NCBI RefSeq assembly: GCF_902652985.1
Contig: NC_047017.1
Span: 46,376,001-46,440,000, forward strand
From: Pecten maximus
Taxonomy: Eukaryota
Length of the DNA stretch: 64,000 bases
Reading direction: 5' to 3'
The notes below the pieces were generated by a model that saw only the letters and a program-made list of their open reading frames with translations, had not been told where the DNA came from and made no database searches. Position 1 is the stretch's first letter. Each line of letters starts with the position of its first letter. The position numbers and the translations under genes are program-made. Below, in pieces: positions 63,766 to 64,000 of the stretch.

Positions 63766-64000
63766 TATACTATCGTATTTTCCTATTTTTAACGTTAAAA
63801 TCAGATAAAATTTGTCATTTTTAAAAGCATTCGAATTGTATATTTAGATCATTATGATAAAAAAAAGTTGGTTAAAAATGGTAAAATATATATATGTACG
63901 AATAGATTATGTCAACTTTGTGATATAAATAAAACGTCAAGGAGAGTAACGTAAAAGACATCAAAGTCTATAAAATAGATCGATTTCTTTCAAGTAGCTA

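Overview
AT-rich eukaryotic (metazoan) genomic DNA with spliceosomal introns. The repeat types and the frequent ACATGT/TACATGTA words suggest a bivalve mollusc (inference). Most ORF-track entries are spurious or are single exons read through their introns. Genes reconstructed by hand from splice sites and reading phase: (1) the 5' part of ZFPL1 on the minus strand, running off the left edge; (2) a complete 9-exon NEPRO/C3orf17-like gene (+) that is head-to-head with ZFPL1 and has a U12-type minor intron; (3) a complete TRAF3-like gene (-) with 9 coding exons and an atypical RING; (4) the 5' part of a second, divergently oriented gene with a TRAF-like RING (+). The rest is a dense, nested transposable-element landscape. 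It includes a CR1-group LINE split by a TA-targeting TIR element that itself carries several insertions, a LINE fragment flanked by a ~590-bp duplication, and several Helentron/HINE-like elements. It also holds SINEs, Penelope and Gypsy relics and two long minisatellites. The most unusual item is a nested pair of hairpin-capped elements, the inner one encoding a spliced Crypton-type (DUF3504) tyrosine recombinase fragment.
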